Shown one piece after another: positions 61,489 to 64,000 of a DNA stretch of 64,000 nucleotides (position 1 is its first letter; each line of letters begins with the position of its first letter). Both the position numbers and the translations under genes were made by a program. The stretch comes from a virus (taxonomy: Duplodnaviria > Caudoviricetes): positions 1,912 through 65,911 of IMG/VR virus record IMGVR_UViG_3300007735_000777, one strand, 5' to 3'. The notes beneath the pieces were generated by a model. That model saw only the letters and a list, made by a program, of their open reading frames with translations. It searched no databases and was not told the DNA's origin.

Positions 61489-62577
61489 GTGTTCGGCATA
61501 TCCGCATTCTCACAAGCCCCGTTTTCGTCGCTTGGTAACTCGACTTACGCAGTATTTGTAACAGAGACATCCACAGCGACGGATAGCGTTTCTTCGCTTT
61601 TAACTTTCCTTTCAGCCGTATCAGAGACATCCACTGCAACAGATGCGGTGTCTTCGCTCGTTACATTCCCAGCGGCTGTCAGTGAGACTTCGACTGCTAC
61701 CAACACCTTTGCGGCGGCTCAGACATTTGGCACAGCAGTCACTGAGACTTCGACCGCTACGGATTCCATGTCCGGTGCGCAGACATTTGCCACAGCCGTC
61801 ACCGAGACATCCACAGCGACAGATTCGATTGCAGGAAAACAAACCTTTGGCTCATCAATAGCCGAGACAGCAACTGCCACAGATTCAGACGCAGTAGCTG
61901 CCAGCACCTTCAATGCGCCGGTGGTGGAGACTGCCACGGCAACAGATTCAATTTCAGCCAAGGCCACATTCCCTGCTGCGGTGAGCGAGACAGCGACAGC
62001 GACTGACGCAGATTCAGCGGCACAAACTTTTGCCACCAATGTGGCAGAGACGGCAACAGCCACAGACTCCATCTCTGGAACTCAGACGTTTGCCTCGACT
62101 ATTGCTGAAACGGCAACTGCCACAGATTCGACAGCAAGCTCGTTTGCTTTCCTTGGCGCGGTCAGTGAGACGGCGACAGCAACAGATACCAACGTGGCCT
62201 CAAACTTGTGGATTACAAACATTTCAGAAACTTCCACAGCCACCGATGCAATTGATGCGGCTGCTATCTTTGAGGCGCTGGTTGAGGAGTCCGGCTCAGT
62301 TATTGATGAGGTGATAGCGGCTCAGGTGTTCCTTGCCGCCATCCAAGAAACCATCACGGCATCAGACTCGTTCTTTGCCCGGTTCTTGTGGGAACTCATC
62401 AATGACAGTCAGACCGCAAGCTGGGGCAACATTGATTCTTCAGAAAGCACAACATGGGCGACAATCGACGCATCCCAGACCGCTGGGTGGGCGACTGTTG
62501 ATACCGCAGAATCCGCAGGCTGGGCAGAAATTGACGACAGCAACCCCAATACTTGGACAAAGATTGGAACCGTTTAA
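61489..62577 (+). CDS. Tandem-repeat fibre protein
   Basis: MFG..AFSQAPFSSL head; about 14 x 20-aa V.ET.TATD repeats; W-containing 11-aa repeats at the end. Confidence 0.8.
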   Translation: MFGISAFSQAPFSSLGNSTYAVFVTETSTATDSVSSLLTFLSAVSETSTATDAVSSLVTFPAAVSETSTATNTFAAAQTFGTAVTETSTATDSMSGAQTFATAVTETSTATDSIAGKQTFGSSIAETATATDSDAVAASTFNAPVVETATATDSISAKATFPAAVSETATATDADSAAQTFATNVAETATATDSISGTQTFASTIAETATATDSTASSFAFLGAVSETATATDTNVASNLWITNISETSTATDAIDAAAIFEALVEESGSVIDEVIAAQVFLAAIQETITASDSFFARFLWELINDSQTASWGNIDSSESTTWATIDASQTAGWATVDTAESAGWAEIDDSNPNTWTKIGTV

Positions 62578-62586
62578 GGGTGACAC

Positions 62587-63045
62587 ATGGCATTAGTTTT
62601 AGCTGATCGCGTTCGGGAAACTACTACCACCGTTGGTACAGGCACAGTCACGCTTGCAGGCGCGGTAACTGGCTTTCAGTCATTTGCTGTTGTTGGTAAT
62701 GGCAACACCACGTACTACACCATTGCAGGTCAGGGAACCGCTGAATGGGAGGTGGGTATTGGAACCTACACCTCCGTAGGCACGACATTAAGCCGTGATA
62801 CGGTTCTTTCTTCCAGCAACTCGGGCAGCTTGGTTTCGTTCAGCGCAGGCACAAAGGATGTGTTTGTCACATACCCGGCAGGCCGGTCAGTGTCCGGCGG
62901 TGAAGGGTACACAGAGAACGATGCCCAGATAGACATAAGCTCGACCATCAACACCGGCAGGAATGCCATCAGCGCAGGCCCAATCACAATCTCTTCCGGG
63001 GCCACAGTGACGGTTCCGTCCGGTTCTGTCTGGACTGTCGTCTGA
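62587..63045 (+). CDS. Tail fibre base/adaptor protein
   Basis: LADRVRETTTT.GTG..EWEVG.GT..GTKDVF.TYPA; ends VTVPSGSVWTVV. Confidence 0.75.
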   Translation: MALVLADRVRETTTTVGTGTVTLAGAVTGFQSFAVVGNGNTTYYTIAGQGTAEWEVGIGTYTSVGTTLSRDTVLSSSNSGSLVSFSAGTKDVFVTYPAGRSVSGGEGYTENDAQIDISSTINTGRNAISAGPITISSGATVTVPSGSVWTVV

Positions 63046-63077
63046 TAAACCAATAGAATGCAAAAAGGAGTTTAAAC

Positions 63078-63689
63078 GTGGCATCCTCATACACAACACT
63101 GCTAGGGCTTGTACTGCCTGTAACCGGGGAACTCACGAATACGTGGGGTTCAACGGTGAACTCTTCTTTGACGCAACTGGTTGAAGACGCTATTGCTGGC
63201 TCTGTGAGCCAGTCAGTCACATCAGCAGACTGGACTTTGACAACTACCGCAGGCGGTGTATCCAACCAAGCTCGTCTGGCTATCCTGATTGCCACTGGTG
63301 CGCCAGCAACAACCCGCTATATCTACGCTCCGCAGTTGAGCAAGATGTACGTTGTCATCAACAACTGCACGGATCAAAGTTCTGTTTACATCCGTGGCGG
63401 CACATCCAGTTCATACACCACCGGCGTTGAGATTGAAGCTTTGGGTTCTGCCTTGGTTGCATGGGACTCAACAGCAAACAGCGGTGCAGGCGACTTTGTG
63501 AAGATTGCAGGTGGCGGTGGCGGCGCGGCAGGTGCAGGCGGCAACCAAATCTTCTTCCAGAATGATTTAAACGTCACCGCAAGCTACACCATCCCCACAG
63601 GTAAAAACGCTGGTACGTTTGGGCCTGTCACAATTGATTCCGGTGTCACCGTCACAGTCCCAAGTGGTTCTGTGTGGACAGTCGTTTAA
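63078..63689 (+). CDS. Tail fibre base/adaptor protein
   Basis: LGL.LP.TGE..TWG..VN; ends VTVPSGSVWTVV. Confidence 0.75.
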   Translation: MASSYTTLLGLVLPVTGELTNTWGSTVNSSLTQLVEDAIAGSVSQSVTSADWTLTTTAGGVSNQARLAILIATGAPATTRYIYAPQLSKMYVVINNCTDQSSVYIRGGTSSSYTTGVEIEALGSALVAWDSTANSGAGDFVKIAGGGGGAAGAGGNQIFFQNDLNVTASYTIPTGKNAGTFGPVTIDSGVTVTVPSGSVWTVV

Positions 63690-63698
63690 GGAGAACAC

Positions 63699-64000
63699 AT
63701 GAGTTCAGTAGCCATTTCAGGAAACGCAAGTGGGGCAGGTGTCCTGACCATTGCTGCGCCCAATACAGCAAGCAACTACACGTTGACGTTGCCGACAGCT
63801 ACCACCACGCTGGTAGGTACAGACGCAACTCAGACGCTGACGAATAAAACGCTGACCAGCCCGACAATTACTGGCGCGGTAATGAGTTCAATGGCTTCCA
63901 GCGTGATTACGTCGAGTACTGCGCAAGCATCTACCAGTGGTACAAGCATTGACTTTACAGGGTTGCCTGCTTGGGTAAAACGAATTACGGTGATGTTTAA
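63699..64000 (+). CDS. Tail fibre protein, 3'-truncated
   Basis: AAGGAG SD; TLTLP..QTLTNKTLTSP..STSGTSIDFTGLPAWVKRITVMF runs off the window. Confidence 0.75.
   Translation, partial: MSSVAISGNASGAGVLTIAAPNTASNYTLTLPTATTTLVGTDATQTLTNKTLTSPTITGAVMSSMASSVITSSTAQASTSGTSIDFTGLPAWVKRITVMF

Noticed and set aside
61489-64000. Diversity-generating retroelement acting on tail fibres
   Set aside because: No reverse transcriptase, and the duplicated C-terminal modules differ at synonymous positions rather than specifically at adenines.
1-64000. tRNA/rRNA genes, integrase, transposase, phage RNA polymerase
   Set aside because: None recognised by eye; tRNAscan-SE and HMM searches are needed to exclude them formally.

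Overview
The window holds most of a tailed dsDNA phage genome (Caudoviricetes, podovirus-like), apparently circularly permuted: it starts and ends inside the tail-fibre region. On the + strand, 46.1-64 kb encodes TerS, TerL, portal, a GroES-like co-chaperonin, scaffold, major capsid, small basic head proteins, adaptors and tail fibres. Also on +, 0-20.8 kb encodes 2OG-Fe(II) oxygenases, lysis genes, a tail tube/nozzle protein, ejection proteins and a 2887-aa polyvalent protein. On the - strand, 20.9-31.4 kb is replication (primase-helicase, SSB-like, SNF2 helicase, HNH, PD-(D/E)XK exonuclease, family A polymerase, VRR-NUC). The - strand 31.4-45.7 kb is an early region of many small genes plus an AAA+/VWA pair. 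Spanins imply a Gram-negative host. I saw no integrase, tRNA or CRISPR. Main signals: (1) a 12-bp quasi-palindrome TAACAAATGTTA, 17 exact copies plus 5 variants found by eye, confined to 31.4-45.8 kb and often supplying both the stop of one gene and the ATG of the next; (2) small basic virion proteins sharing a RADG-x-A-x-RGKT-x-G tail and a [MFYL][AK]xGG motif also found in the ejection proteins; (3) an interlocked three-helix RNA leader after the capsid gene; (4) a GHKL-ATPase plus zincin cassette inside the giant virion protein. Protein calls rest on motif recognition by eye, not database searches.
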